29,900 nt of DNA from a virus (Duplodnaviria; Caudoviricetes). Positions 17,196-26,293 of this stretch are shown here, piece after piece. The DNA is taken from positions 1 through 29,900 of the IMG/VR virus record IMGVR_UViG_3300018413_000024, one strand, 5' to 3'. The notes below the pieces were generated by a model, which ran no database searches, was not told the DNA's origin, and saw only the letters and a program-made list of their open reading frames with translations. Both the position numbers and the translations under genes were made by a program. Numbering within the stretch: the stretch's first letter is position 1; the number at the start of each line of letters is the position of its first letter.

Positions 17196-18101
17196 CTATC
17201 CCTTTGCCCCGAATTCAGCCTCCACAAGATGACTCGGGATAGTTATGTTCCCCATGTTCTTGTAGTGGAGTCTGAGCTTGCCGTTGGTTGCCCTATACGT
17301 TTTCACTAAGCCGGGATACCTCTCGACCATTAGTGAGAATGCGGCTTCGTTGGCTAGTTGTCTGGCTTTTTTGGCGTCTTTGCTTGTTTCGGCATACCCT
17401 GAGTCTTGAATCTCTTTCCGGATACCGCCCGGGTCCACCCGTCCCCCATTCGGGTTGTTCACATCTATGGACATATACGAGAACTTGATTACCTTGCCGT
17501 ATTTGACGAACGCCTGGAGGCTGGTTTCCCCATCTTCCTCTGCCGACTCACAGTAAGTCCTGCGCGGTCCGATGAATATGTCGTCACCGGCGTAGACTCC
17601 CTGGAATCCCCCATTGACGAGCGTATTACCGACTGAAACGGTGTGGTTCATGTAAAACGGGTTGCTCATGTAGGTGAGTCCCCATAGCCCGGTCCCCACT
17701 GATTTTGCGAGCCCGAATCCGACATTGGCGATATGGTCTAACGTGCCCTCATAGGGCACTGCCGCCTTTCCACAGCTTTGGGTTTCGTCATCTATGACTT
17801 TCAGGAATCCCCAAATGTCATCGTCCATGTGGATTAGTGGGGTCCCCTCCATCCCCTTCCCGACATAATATTTGTGGGCGAGCTGACGGCACTTGAATAG
17901 CCCAGGGTTTGTGACAACCATCCGGTAGGTGTTTTGCCCTAGCACATCCTCATAGTCATATCTTTGTTCTGCACTCGGCACAAATATCGTAATACGGTCC
18001 CGGTCTACGCCTGCTCGCTCCAAGGTGGCTAAGGTTGCCTTTTTGATTGTTTCCTGACGGGCGTAGGTACAGATTGCGACCTGATAGTCCACGCTAGTCA
18101 C
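17196..18101 (-). CDS. TET-associated glycosyltransferase-like protein 2 (GT-A fold)
   Basis: YQVAICTYAR, HMDDD, LWGL, EEDGE and PGG motifs. Paralogue of 16405-17193. GTG 18101 follows GGAGG. Confidence 0.82.
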   Translation of the reverse strand: MTSVDYQVAICTYARQETIKKATLATLERAGVDRDRITIFVPSAEQRYDYEDVLGQNTYRMVVTNPGLFKCRQLAHKYYVGKGMEGTPLIHMDDDIWGFLKVIDDETQSCGKAAVPYEGTLDHIANVGFGLAKSVGTGLWGLTYMSNPFYMNHTVSVGNTLVNGGFQGVYAGDDIFIGPRRTYCESAEEDGETSLQAFVKYGKVIKFSYMSIDVNNPNGGRVDPGGIRKEIQDSGYAETSKDAKKARQLANEAAFSLMVERYPGLVKTYRATNGKLRLHYKNMGNITIPSHLVEAEFGAKG

Positions 18102-18849
18102 GGTACATATCCCTCCATTTGATTTTCTCAAACATGACCTTATTGACGCCGACCTCATCGAACTCCAGGAATGGGTACTTTTCGTTCAGATACCTAGCCG
18201 TGGCTTTTGTGGTTTCGTCAGTCCGATACCCGGCGTATCCGCCCTCATGGTTCCTGGAGTTACTGGAGGCAAAATGGAAGTCACAGTGATACCTCATCAT
18301 TTTGACGAGCCCACCGTGAGCTAGGTGGTGTTGGACAACGTAGTCCAAGTCCTCGGTGTCATTCATGGATTCATCGAATCTAACTGAGTTTGGTTTGTGA
18401 GCCATAAACTGACCAGACCCCATTCCCCATCTCCCAGGCTTGGGTCTGGAGAATCTGAGGTTTCCAACAAATCCGTTGAGGCACAGCATCTTGGTTGATT
18501 CCTCTAGCGCCGTAACCATGTCTTTTATGACATAAGGTAACGGAACGGTAACAACCTTGAACTCCTCAGAGTCCCAATCCCTGGACTCTACCTTCCTGAA
18601 GTCGTCATCCATTGTGATAACTATGCGACCCTCAGCGAATCCGTCATCGAGTGCGGCGTTGAGCTGTTTGGGTTTCATTGGGAGCGTGCCGGGGACCGCC
18701 CTGACCTTAGCCCCAGCCATCGTATAGGCGTCAGCTTGGATAGCGGGAACATACCAAGTTGGGACCAGTGGTCTTAGTGCGGCTAGCATCGGCTCCACTT
18801 GAGCGATACGGGATGCGCTCTGAATTGTGATGTGAGGTAAGTAGGTCAT
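18094..18849 (-). CDS. TET-associated glycosyltransferase-like protein 1 (GT-A fold)
   Basis: ITIQSASR, TMDDD, RFDE....EDLDY and EGG motifs. AAGGAG RBS. Confidence 0.8.
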   Translation of the reverse strand: MTYLPHITIQSASRIAQVEPMLAALRPLVPTWYVPAIQADAYTMAGAKVRAVPGTLPMKPKQLNAALDDGFAEGRIVITMDDDFRKVESRDWDSEEFKVVTVPLPYVIKDMVTALEESTKMLCLNGFVGNLRFSRPKPGRWGMGSGQFMAHKPNSVRFDESMNDTEDLDYVVQHHLAHGGLVKMMRYHCDFHFASSNSRNHEGGYAGYRTDETTKATARYLNEKYPFLEFDEVGVNKVMFEKIKWRDMYRD

Positions 18850-18861
18850 TGTGCTCTCCTT

Positions 18862-19719
18862 CTACGGCACCAGCTTAGCCACCTTCTCAGCCATAACGTG
18901 CTCCCTGGCTGACCTGCGAGCCTTGGCTTCCCCAATCTCGACAGCATAGGTGTGACAATCCTTCATGCCCTTTTTGGCGTAGAACACGATGGAGTAACGG
19001 TAACCGTCCTTGGTCCTGGGCTTCATGGGTGTAACGCCGTGAACGTACCGGAATCCATTGAACCAGAGCGCCCATCCGTCACGACAGTTGATAGTAATGT
19101 CATATTCCGGCATATGGAGGTTTCCGCCTTCCATTCCCCTGCGGATGACGGGCATAGCGGACCAGGTGTCAAAATTGGAACCGTCACGGTGATAGGGCAA
19201 GGCACTCGACTGGTTTATGACACCTGAAGTCCAGAGAGAATCCTCGGTCATACGCCATTCCGGTAGGACTGCCCCTACAGCCTGATAGTCGTGCTCGTAT
19301 ACCTCGGGGAGCACATCGCGTAGATAATCCCCAAGCGCGGTAGCCTGTTCGTTCAGTTCCATCTGGAGCGATGGCGATTCCCAGGCGATTCCGGCTGGAG
19401 CGCAAGCCTCACGGCGTAGAACTACCGACCTGTTAGTCATTCCGAATATCTTAGAAACATTGCGGGTGCCTTTGGCTCTCAGAGTAGTTGTCCACTTGAC
19501 CGCTGGAATCTGCTGACGAAGAATCGCCGTGGACCGTGGGCTGGGCGCATAGACCAGGATTGCTTCCCCGGTATCGGCGTCACGGTAAATGCCTGCCTCA
19601 TTGACATTGGGGACTTTATCCACAACTTTATCCCCAACTACCTTCTCTGCCTCGGGCACGGTTAGTGCTCTCTGGATGAAGAACTCAGGTAGAACTTGAG
19701 TTGAGGTTTCTGACAGCAT
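18862..19719 (-). CDS. TET/JBP-like 2-oxoglutarate/Fe(II) dioxygenase
   Basis: TSGVIN...LPYHRD..N (HxD), GGNL, HGVTP (distal His) and RYSIVFY (2OG-binding Arg), matching the TET/JBP motif order. Confidence 0.88.
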   Translation of the reverse strand: MLSETSTQVLPEFFIQRALTVPEAEKVVGDKVVDKVPNVNEAGIYRDADTGEAILVYAPSPRSTAILRQQIPAVKWTTTLRAKGTRNVSKIFGMTNRSVVLRREACAPAGIAWESPSLQMELNEQATALGDYLRDVLPEVYEHDYQAVGAVLPEWRMTEDSLWTSGVINQSSALPYHRDGSNFDTWSAMPVIRRGMEGGNLHMPEYDITINCRDGWALWFNGFRYVHGVTPMKPRTKDGYRYSIVFYAKKGMKDCHTYAVEIGEAKARRSAREHVMAEKVAKLVP

Positions 19720-20389
19720 CGTTCACCAGTTTTTCTACGACCTCAGCATGGTCGTCTAGTCCCATATGATTCTGAAGCTCTGAGAGCCCTTCAACCATTT
19801 TCCCATACATCTCATTCTGGTAGTAGAGAATGATGGCTCGGGTGGCTTTTTGCGAGTATCTCTCCAGGAACTCTTGGTACGTTTTGTCCTTTTCGACAGC
19901 CAGCTCTGGGTTGCCTTCAGATTTGGTTAGCCTAGCCTTACCTGTGTCTGGGTCAATGACAGCATCGGCTGACATAATCTGTTCCTCCAGGAGTGCGCGG
20001 TAGTCCTCCACGTCAATCTCCTGGAATCCGACATTCTCCAAGTCATCTGGCGCGATGGACTCAAATGCGGCAACCAGTTCCTCGACATCCCATTCGCCAA
20101 GCTGACCGATACGGTTATCGGCAATCGAGTAAGCGGTGCGTGTTTCTGGGTCGTCATCAACTACGACTACAGCCATTGACTCCCAGCCCAGATTCTTTGC
20201 CGCCTGGTACTGGTGGTTTCCGGCAATGATTTCCATTGTGCCCTTTTGGACCACGATGGGTTTGCGCTGACCAAAGCGCTCATACGACTTCATGATGGCT
20301 TCTACGTCACCGCGCCGGGGATTCGAGCCTGCGGGCTTGAGCACGCTCAGAGGGCGCAGGAGCGGTTTCAGGGACTCTGCAACGTTCAT
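19685..20389 (-). CDS. ParB/Srx N-terminal domain protein
   Basis: NPRRGD, S..RFGQRKPIVV, IIAGNH...AA..LGW and IADNR motifs. No methyltransferase domain follows. GAGGA RBS before ATG 20389. Confidence 0.9.
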   Translation of the reverse strand: MNVAESLKPLLRPLSVLKPAGSNPRRGDVEAIMKSYERFGQRKPIVVQKGTMEIIAGNHQYQAAKNLGWESMAVVVVDDDPETRTAYSIADNRIGQLGEWDVEELVAAFESIAPDDLENVGFQEIDVEDYRALLEEQIMSADAVIDPDTGKARLTKSEGNPELAVEKDKTYQEFLERYSQKATRAIILYYQNEMYGKMVEGLSELQNHMGLDDHAEVVEKLVNDAVRNLNSSST

Positions 20390-20439
20390 AGGTCTATATA
20401 TCCTCTCTAGGGGTGTTGGGGCGTCAGCAAGGCGCATGG

Positions 20440-20575
20440 CCCGTTATGGAGCCTACTGGAAAATTCGGAATTTCGCGGGAATTTCTAAAAGCCTCGGCTG
20501 TGGGGTCGCATATTTCACCTATGGGAGAATCTGCCCCGGTCCGGTGGCGATAGCCGTGCGGGGGTAGGGGTATGG
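20440..20575. other. Probable cos / packaging initiation region
   Basis: Non-coding gap right after the HNH gene and upstream of the operon ending in terS. Contains G/C runs, a GGAATTTC direct repeat and an AAATTC-G-GAATTT palindrome. Inferred from position. Confidence 0.45.
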
Positions 20576-20911
20576 CTATGGTTGAGGTTTGTTGCTCTTT
20601 GCTTTATTACAGCTACGGTGAGCTGGAGCTAGCGGACTGCCCGGGTCGCCAGGGTAAATGTGGTCGGCTTCTAGCGGGTCGGCGGGGCGGGGCGGGTGAC
20701 CGCAGAGATAGCAGATAGTCGCGGATTCTAGGACCGCTTTGCGTCTAGCCCGATAGTCCCCGCCGTAAAGTGCTCGCTTCTTAGCTCTGCGCTCGGGAGT
20801 GTCCCTAGCCTGGTCGTATGCTCTTTGCCTAGCCCGGCGGCAGTCATCGCATCTGCTTGGGTTTCTGGTCAGTTTTCCACAGTCTAGGCAGGGTCGGGCA
20901 AAACGGGTCAT
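20576..20911 (-). CDS. HNH endonuclease (packaging-associated, HK97 gp74-like)
   Basis: C..CG, C..C, C..CG, ADH and H..CN..K motifs. ATG 20911 overlaps the upstream TGA. Confidence 0.88.
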   Translation of the reverse strand: MTRFARPCLDCGKLTRNPSRCDDCRRARQRAYDQARDTPERRAKKRALYGGDYRARRKAVLESATICYLCGHPPRPADPLEADHIYPGDPGSPLAPAHRSCNKAKSNKPQP

Positions 20912-22068
20912 AGTTTGTATACGGTCCCGCCATACTCCTTGCCTTGCTCTAGTGTGAGGACCGCCATGCCCGGGGTACTGTCCTCGCCAGCTACGGACCG
21001 GAACCAGTTTGAGCCGTTGTCCATTGTGGGTCCCATTACTAGGAATCGTGACCTGCCGTCTGGGGTTGCTCCCATTTCGGTAATCCGTAGGTGGTGGAAG
21101 TGTCCGTGGACTAGCAGTGTGGCGTTCGATACGGGTTGGTTTCCGAATGCTTGTTGTCGCCACCAAGTCGCCATGAGGTCGGGTCGGCGGGCTTGGTGTC
21201 CGTGCGCTATTCCCAGGATATGGAACCCGTCATCGAATATGTCAATGGCTAGGGATTCATCCCAGGATTGGGGTTCCAGGAATCGTATGTTCTTGGCTCC
21301 AGTTTCCATTGCTAGGCGTGCTAGCTGACGGCCAATAAAGATTCCCCAGTCATCTGTGGGTTTCCCTACCGCTTTGCCGTTCCTGCGCCACTGACAGTGG
21401 TTCGAACCAACTGAAGCGTAGGTCACTTGTGGGACCTTCTCTGCTATCTCCCGCATTGTCCTCCAGGCAAGAGTTGTCGCTAGGTCCACCTGCTCCATAA
21501 TGGATAGGTCATTTGTGACGTTCTGCTGTGGGCTGTTCGCGTTGTCGAAGTTCTCAACGGTGTCGCCAAGGTCGCAGAATATGACCTGGCTCGGATTTTC
21601 GCTGGCGATATGGTCCATCAGTCTGGCTTTGGTTTCCTCCAGCCTTTGAAGTAGTTGTTCGGTCCCGCCACGGTGGTCCACTTTGCCTACCTGGAGGTCA
21701 GACCAGAGAATGACTAGTGCCTTATCTTTGGGCTTCAGCTTCTTGGGCGGCTTGACCTTCTTTTCTGCCTCAGCGAGCAGGAGAGGTAGGTCAATCTGGG
21801 ATGTCTTTTTGTGGAACGTGAACCGGTAGCTGGTTAGCCAGACTAGTTCCCCATCCTTTTGCTGTTGCCAGCGTGAGGTTCGGACCGGCGGGATGACCTG
21901 AATGTCTGTCGGGTCTAGTCCGGCATCTAGCAAGAACTCATCAAAGTTTTCTGGCTCTGACGCATACCCGGGTGTGGTCGCTTCCCCGATATTCCCGTCA
22001 AACTCCACACCTGGTCTGGCGCTAGGTGTAACACCAGCTTTGGGTGCGGAACTGAGATTCTCTAGCAC
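20908..22068 (-). CDS. Calcineurin-like metallophosphoesterase
   Basis: SDLQ, LGD, SNH, HGH and GHFH motifs. Confidence 0.85.
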   Translation of the reverse strand: MLENLSSAPKAGVTPSARPGVEFDGNIGEATTPGYASEPENFDEFLLDAGLDPTDIQVIPPVRTSRWQQQKDGELVWLTSYRFTFHKKTSQIDLPLLLAEAEKKVKPPKKLKPKDKALVILWSDLQVGKVDHRGGTEQLLQRLEETKARLMDHIASENPSQVIFCDLGDTVENFDNANSPQQNVTNDLSIMEQVDLATTLAWRTMREIAEKVPQVTYASVGSNHCQWRRNGKAVGKPTDDWGIFIGRQLARLAMETGAKNIRFLEPQSWDESLAIDIFDDGFHILGIAHGHQARRPDLMATWWRQQAFGNQPVSNATLLVHGHFHHLRITEMGATPDGRSRFLVMGPTMDNGSNWFRSVAGEDSTPGMAVLTLEQGKEYGGTVYKL

Positions 22069-22283
22069 AAGCAGTCCCCTGCTCGGTGCTTCTCAATGTG
22101 ATATCTGGGCAACTTGACGTTACGCTCGGCAAGTGCCTTCTCCAAGTTGGTCGGATTCCAGACCATCGGGCTACCGATAGCGTCCATAAGAATCATTCTG
22201 TCGGATTCATCCAGCTGGTCCGCCACAGTCTTCACACGGCAGGGCTTCTGGGTTGATAGTGGGGTCAGTCCTTCAAGCATCAT
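22062..22283 (-). CDS. Hypothetical protein, possible Zn-binding (C...HR...C.C)
   Basis: GGAG RBS. Overlaps the phosphoesterase start. Confidence 0.7.
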   Translation of the reverse strand: MMLEGLTPLSTQKPCRVKTVADQLDESDRMILMDAIGSPMVWNPTNLEKALAERNVKLPRYHIEKHRAGDCLC

Positions 22284-22434
22284 CTGTCCTCTCCACTTTT
22301 GATGCGAATAATGCGATTACGAGTACCCCGGCGCAAATGAAGCCCAGGGTTTTGGTTATTGGCTCAGCCTGGAGCGCCAGGAGAACGTAGACTACCGCCA
22401 TCGCGGTAAAGGTGCCTCGAACTATGACGGCCAT
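22273..22434 (-). CDS. Small membrane protein (53 aa)
   Basis: Not in the track: MAVIVRGTFTAMAVVYVLLALQAEPITKTLGFICAGVLVIALFASKVERTDDA. TGATG-coupled to ssb. Confidence 0.7.
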   Translation of the reverse strand: MAVIVRGTFTAMAVVYVLLALQAEPITKTLGFICAGVLVIALFASKVERTDDA

Positions 22435-22769
22435 CAGAATGGTGCCTCGTCATCGAACATGGGCTCTGAGTCGAACACTTGTGCGACTGCTTCAGCTCCC
22501 TTGGGCTCCTGGGTAATTCTGGGCTGATTCACGTGACCTCGGGCGTAGCGGATTTCCTCACCCTGGTCGTTCTCGAATCGCTCCATCTTGATAGACAGCA
22601 TCCCGTCAATCGTGACCACATCACCCTCGTTTGGTGTGTCGTTGGTCCAGACGGTCCACTTCTCGATTACCTCGTCACCGTTGCGGGTTGTGAACTTGGT
22701 TTCAGCCCAGAACCCTTTGGATTGGAACACGCGGGTTACCTCGGCGTGCTCGATGATTACTTTAGCCAT
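22434..22769 (-). CDS. ssb: Single-stranded DNA-binding protein
   Basis: OB-fold-like pattern (W.VW...EGD.V.I.G.L) and acidic DDEAPF tail. Confidence 0.75.
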   Translation of the reverse strand: MAKVIIEHAEVTRVFQSKGFWAETKFTTRNGDEVIEKWTVWTNDTPNEGDVVTIDGMLSIKMERFENDQGEEIRYARGHVNQPRITQEPKGAEAVAQVFDSEPMFDDEAPF

Positions 22770-22962
22770 GTTGTAGTTCCTCCAGTTCGCAGTCCGGGCA
22801 CATTAGGTGCCCATTTTTGTCAATAAATGGTGTTGGGAATGGGAACCCGCAACCGTGGCACGGTGCGAGTAACCCGGCACGTTTCATAGCTACTAGAAAC
22901 ATACCGATAATGGAAGCCACGTCCATGGTGTGGTCGTGGGGTTCCTCGTCATGCGATTCCAT
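22762..22962 (-). CDS. Small Zn-finger protein
   Basis: CHGC...CPDC motif. GAGGA RBS. Confidence 0.65.
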   Translation of the reverse strand: MESHDEEPHDHTMDVASIIGMFLVAMKRAGLLAPCHGCGFPFPTPFIDKNGHLMCPDCELEELQHG

Positions 22963-23146
22963 TTGCGTTCCTCCTCATATCTATCAAGAGCTTAGCAAAG
23001 GTATTCACATTGTCCTCGTATTGCTTCAAGTGTTTTTCCAGCGGGTCGTGACGGTATTTCCAGTAGGAATCGCCAATCTGGTTTATGAGCCGCTTCATTC
23101 TGAGTTGCTGAGGGTGGTCGGGGGATTCCGGGTGTATTCGATTCAT
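22949..23146 (-). CDS. Hypothetical protein
   Basis: AAGGAG RBS and ATGA overlap with the initiator gene. Confidence 0.65.
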   Translation of the reverse strand: MNRIHPESPDHPQQLRMKRLINQIGDSYWKYRHDPLEKHLKQYEDNVNTFAKLLIDMRRNANGIA

Positions 23147-23892
23147 TTGCTCTCCTTTTCTGGGTGTCCGAACTCACCTGGTCGGCACTCGAAGTGGTCA
23201 CCCTGGTCGTGGAGCGCCTTCACCCATGCTCTAGGTATCGGACCCTCGGCTGGCTTTTCCCCAGGCTTGACCTCGCGCTTAGGATAGGGCTCATCCTCCC
23301 AGCCTTCCCGGTTTAGCCAGGTGGCGGGATAGGGGATGAACTGGTGCTCGGGCAGGTTGGGGTCGTTGGCTAGTCGCGTCACTCCGTCCATAATCGCCAT
23401 TAGGTGTTCCTGTGCGAGATTCCCAAATGCCTTCCTCGCAGATGCCTTCCCTGCCTTCCTCGGGTAGAGCGCCCAGAAACTATCGAACGCATCAGAGAGC
23501 AAAGAATCGCCATACTTGGGTTTAGTATTCTCAAGATTGGTATTCTTAGGGGTCGGATTCACCGGTGTCGGGTTATCCGCTATCGGTAAATCCGATGACG
23601 GTGACGAAGTGACCCAGACAGTTTCCCCAAACTCACCGGATTCCTGCCGATTCTGTGACCGGACCAGGTAACCGTAATCCTCCAGCTCCTTCACGGCTGA
23701 CCGTATAGCATCCTTTCCGCAACCGTTGGCTTTAGCCAAGCTGTGGATGGAAACGGACCAACCGTCAGAGTGGGACAAGAGCTGAGCTAGCAGTCCCTTT
23801 GCCTTCAGCGAGAGATTCCCGTCCCGCAACCAATCGTTAGGTATTTGTGTGAAGCGACCCTCAAACTCCAGTCGCTGTCGGACTATCGGCAT
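23143..23892 (-). CDS. Phage replication initiator / replisome organiser
   Basis: N-terminal winged helix (FTQIPN.WLRD..LSLKAKGLL..L..EL...GYL) and C-terminal FD.FW..YPRK.GK...YPATWLN..WED domain. Confidence 0.85.
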   Translation of the reverse strand: MPIVRQRLEFEGRFTQIPNDWLRDGNLSLKAKGLLAQLLSHSDGWSVSIHSLAKANGCGKDAIRSAVKELEDYGYLVRSQNRQESGEFGETVWVTSSPSSDLPIADNPTPVNPTPKNTNLENTKPKYGDSLLSDAFDSFWALYPRKAGKASARKAFGNLAQEHLMAIMDGVTRLANDPNLPEHQFIPYPATWLNREGWEDEPYPKREVKPGEKPAEGPIPRAWVKALHDQGDHFECRPGEFGHPEKESK

Positions 23893-23920
23893 TCATCCTC
23901 CCAGATTCTTCTCGCCAATC

Positions 23921-24280
23921 CTAGAACGCAGGACCCTCCACGGGAGAGGCTCGCCCTGAGTCAATAAGATTCATTCCACAGTTGTCATCGAGCAGAACCC
24001 AGGAAGCCAGCCGGGGTATCCAAACTGGAGTCGTGGTCGGATTCTGCCCGTTCCGTAGTTTCCATCCCATCTCCCTGGCTCGCTCAGCCGCAAAAGAGTC
24101 AGACTCAATCAGCCCGTTGTAGAACGAGCAAAGCGTAATGATATTCGATGGTCTGTCACGCTCCTTGGAGCCACCCATCCCACGATTGAGCCTATGGTGT
24201 GGGACCGCAGTTTCCAGGTCGCTACAGTGAAGGCAACCCCAGTCCCTAGACAAGTATCGGTTGAATGTTATCCGCTTCAT
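23921..24280 (-). CDS. HNH-like nuclease
   Basis: RD..C.HC, HHR..RGMGGS and N...LC motifs. Confidence 0.7.
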   Translation of the reverse strand: MKRITFNRYLSRDWGCLHCSDLETAVPHHRLNRGMGGSKERDRPSNIITLCSFYNGLIESDSFAAERAREMGWKLRNGQNPTTTPVWIPRLASWVLLDDNCGMNLIDSGRASPVEGPAF

Positions 24281-24686
24281 CAGGCCACTCAATAATCTCT
24301 CTCAGAACAACTACGGTCCTGGCTTTGTCTTTGCTCGTATAGCGCTTGGTCAGATTCATCTCGACCACTCGGAAGTCATCATCGTAAGCTTCACCGTTGA
24401 GGGCGTCAAGAACCAGTTTCGCCATATTGTCCAAGTCACGCCTGCGCTTATTCCCATTGTAAAACTCAATCTCGACCAAAACGTGGAACGTGAAAGGCTC
24501 CTCATTGAGAGCCCGCCAGTGGTCCCTGACCTTACGCTCAGCCTCCATTGTTTCCTTGGGCGTGAACGTGCCGTGATTCGTCACTCTTGGGCGTTGCTTG
24601 GACCTGGGCTCCCCAGGCACGGTGAACCTAACCACCCTGTCTGGGGGATTCCCCTGGATGGGATTGACAATCCAGTCGTCAGCCAT
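24246..24686 (-). CDS. rusA: RusA-like Holliday junction resolvase
   Basis: PG.P.SKQRPR and DLDN.AK.VLDALNG.AY.DD motifs. Confidence 0.93.
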   Translation of the reverse strand: MADDWIVNPIQGNPPDRVVRFTVPGEPRSKQRPRVTNHGTFTPKETMEAERKVRDHWRALNEEPFTFHVLVEIEFYNGNKRRRDLDNMAKLVLDALNGEAYDDDFRVVEMNLTKRYTSKDKARTVVVLREIIEWPDEADNIQPILV

Positions 24687-25020
24687 TGGCTCCCCACTCC
24701 ATTCGGACCAGCGCCGATATCGAACGCCCCACTTCCAACCTATCCCGTAACGCCTTCAGCGCCTGCTGGCAGGCTCTATGCTTCTGGTCGGCTAGTTCCG
24801 TCTCTAGCAGGGTTGTACGGGTCTCCAGGTCCGCTGTGAAGCGTCTGACGTCCATAGGTCCCTCGATGGAGAGGAATGCCCGGGCGTAAGCCACTTTGTG
24901 CTTCACCCTGGCTCTCACACATTCCTCATCCAGTCGGGACAACTCATCTGTATGGGTTTGGATATCCTTGGAGATTGACTCCAGGGTCGCCATTACATCA
25001 TGCGGAGTGAGATTCGACAT
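24679..25020 (-). CDS. Hypothetical coiled-coil protein
   Basis: 113 aa, helical, overlapping both neighbours in the recombination operon. Confidence 0.7.
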   Translation of the reverse strand: MSNLTPHDVMATLESISKDIQTHTDELSRLDEECVRARVKHKVAYARAFLSIEGPMDVRRFTADLETRTTLLETELADQKHRACQQALKALRDRLEVGRSISALVRMEWGANG

Positions 25021-25195
25021 TCTTCATCTTCTTGCTCCGGTTGTATTTGAGCAAAGTCTTGCTCTTGTAGTAAAAGTCCCAAAGCCAAGCGGTCTGCCTG
25101 ACATCAGGCACGGACCGGGACCCAGCCAAATGCTTGACGTAAGCCTGACTCTCCTCAAGCAAACGCTTATCCAATTCCTTCATTAAAGTACGCAT
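24998..25195 (-). CDS. Hypothetical protein
   Basis: GGAGG RBS and TAATG coupling. Confidence 0.6.
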   Translation of the reverse strand: MRTLMKELDKRLLEESQAYVKHLAGSRSVPDVRQTAWLWDFYYKSKTLLKYNRSKKMKNVESHSA

Positions 25196-25710
25196 TAGCT
25201 CACCTCCTTCTTGCGCTTCTTTACGATGTCAGCGACACTAGCAGAATATCCAGCCTCAACTGCTTTATTCCACTCCGCTTCCAGTGACTTGACATCCTTA
25301 GCTTCCAGGATTGCTTTGACCGCCGATTCCGGAGCAATCTTGGCATCCTTCTTGACCGGACCACGCTGAGCCTTCTCCATCTCCTGACGGCTTGGGCGCT
25401 TGCCCTTAGCGTAGTCGGCATTAGCCAGGGCTCTACCGATAGCTGAGGTTTCTGCGTTTTCCAATGCGGCAGTACGGTTAGCTCCCGCACCTCCCTCAAT
25501 CTCGAACGCCAACCCGGTAGCCTTGGGGCACCTAGCGTGCTGGTCATCGTGGTCAATGAACACTTCAGCCCGGACCACAAAGTAGCCCTTGGCTCGGTCA
25601 TCGTCAGTTGTCATCTCGTAGGTCACGATGCGCCCATCTGGGTGGTCGTTGTAGAACGCACGGATGCGGTCCTCTACGAGTTCATATTCGTCAAGGTTGA
25701 ACTGTGGCAT
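25195..25710 (-). CDS. Single-strand annealing protein (Rad52/Sak-like)
   Basis: Y..V.DRI..F...HP.G.I and LENAETSAIGRALA motifs. Adjacent to the exonuclease. Confidence 0.7.
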   Translation of the reverse strand: MPQFNLDEYELVEDRIRAFYNDHPDGRIVTYEMTTDDDRAKGYFVVRAEVFIDHDDQHARCPKATGLAFEIEGGAGANRTAALENAETSAIGRALANADYAKGKRPSRQEMEKAQRGPVKKDAKIAPESAVKAILEAKDVKSLEAEWNKAVEAGYSASVADIVKKRKKEVS

Positions 25711-26293
25711 TGCTTTTCCTCCATTCGAGTAGCCGGTCAGCTACATCTATCAGTTTGTTCATTTCTTGCTCATCCCGCTCAATCCAAATGCTCTTTGGCT
25801 CGAACCAAGCAGGAACCATGACACCATCTACCTCTTTTCGCAGTAGCCAAGCGAATCGGCATCGTGCGGCACCAGTACAGAATAGTTGCCATTGGACTTG
25901 CCTCCGGTAATGTATGGGAATGTATTTCTCCTCACCCCAATCCTTGCCGGTGGTCTTGATTTCCGATATCAAATGATGGTCCAGGGATAGACCATCGGGT
26001 GTAGCCATATACCGGTTGTGCTCCTCGGATGCTGAGATAAGCCAGTCGTTAGGCATAATCTCGAACTCATCTTTCAGGAACTGTGCGATAACTGACTCCT
26101 GCTCCACACCAAAGTCAATGTAGGCGTTGCCTTCGATGACCTCAGACGGGGCACGGTGGATAGTTTCATTCTCGAACCCCTTGGGCGTGGCGGACCGGGC
26201 AACGGTAGTCGCTGTGACTCCCATCTCCCTGGCTTCCAACCAGGCTTGGCGATTCTGTGAGGAACTGGCGATGAAACGCCTCACGGCAATCAA
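25691..26293 (-). CDS. YqaJ/lambda-exonuclease-like recombination nuclease
   Basis: WL..R..G, ATPDG, EIKT and Y..QVQWQ motifs. Confidence 0.9.
   Translation of the reverse strand: MIAVRRFIASSSQNRQAWLEAREMGVTATTVARSATPKGFENETIHRAPSEVIEGNAYIDFGVEQESVIAQFLKDEFEIMPNDWLISASEEHNRYMATPDGLSLDHHLISEIKTTGKDWGEEKYIPIHYRRQVQWQLFCTGAARCRFAWLLRKEVDGVMVPAWFEPKSIWIERDEQEMNKLIDVADRLLEWRKSNATVQP

Noticed and set aside
19685-20389. ParB-methyltransferase fusion or plasmid partition system
   Set aside because: No SAM-binding or catalytic methyltransferase motifs and no ParA ATPase in the window.
20912-21166. N-terminal extension of the HNH ORF in the track
   Set aside because: Overlaps the phosphoesterase gene. 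ATG 20911 gives a standard ATGA coupling.
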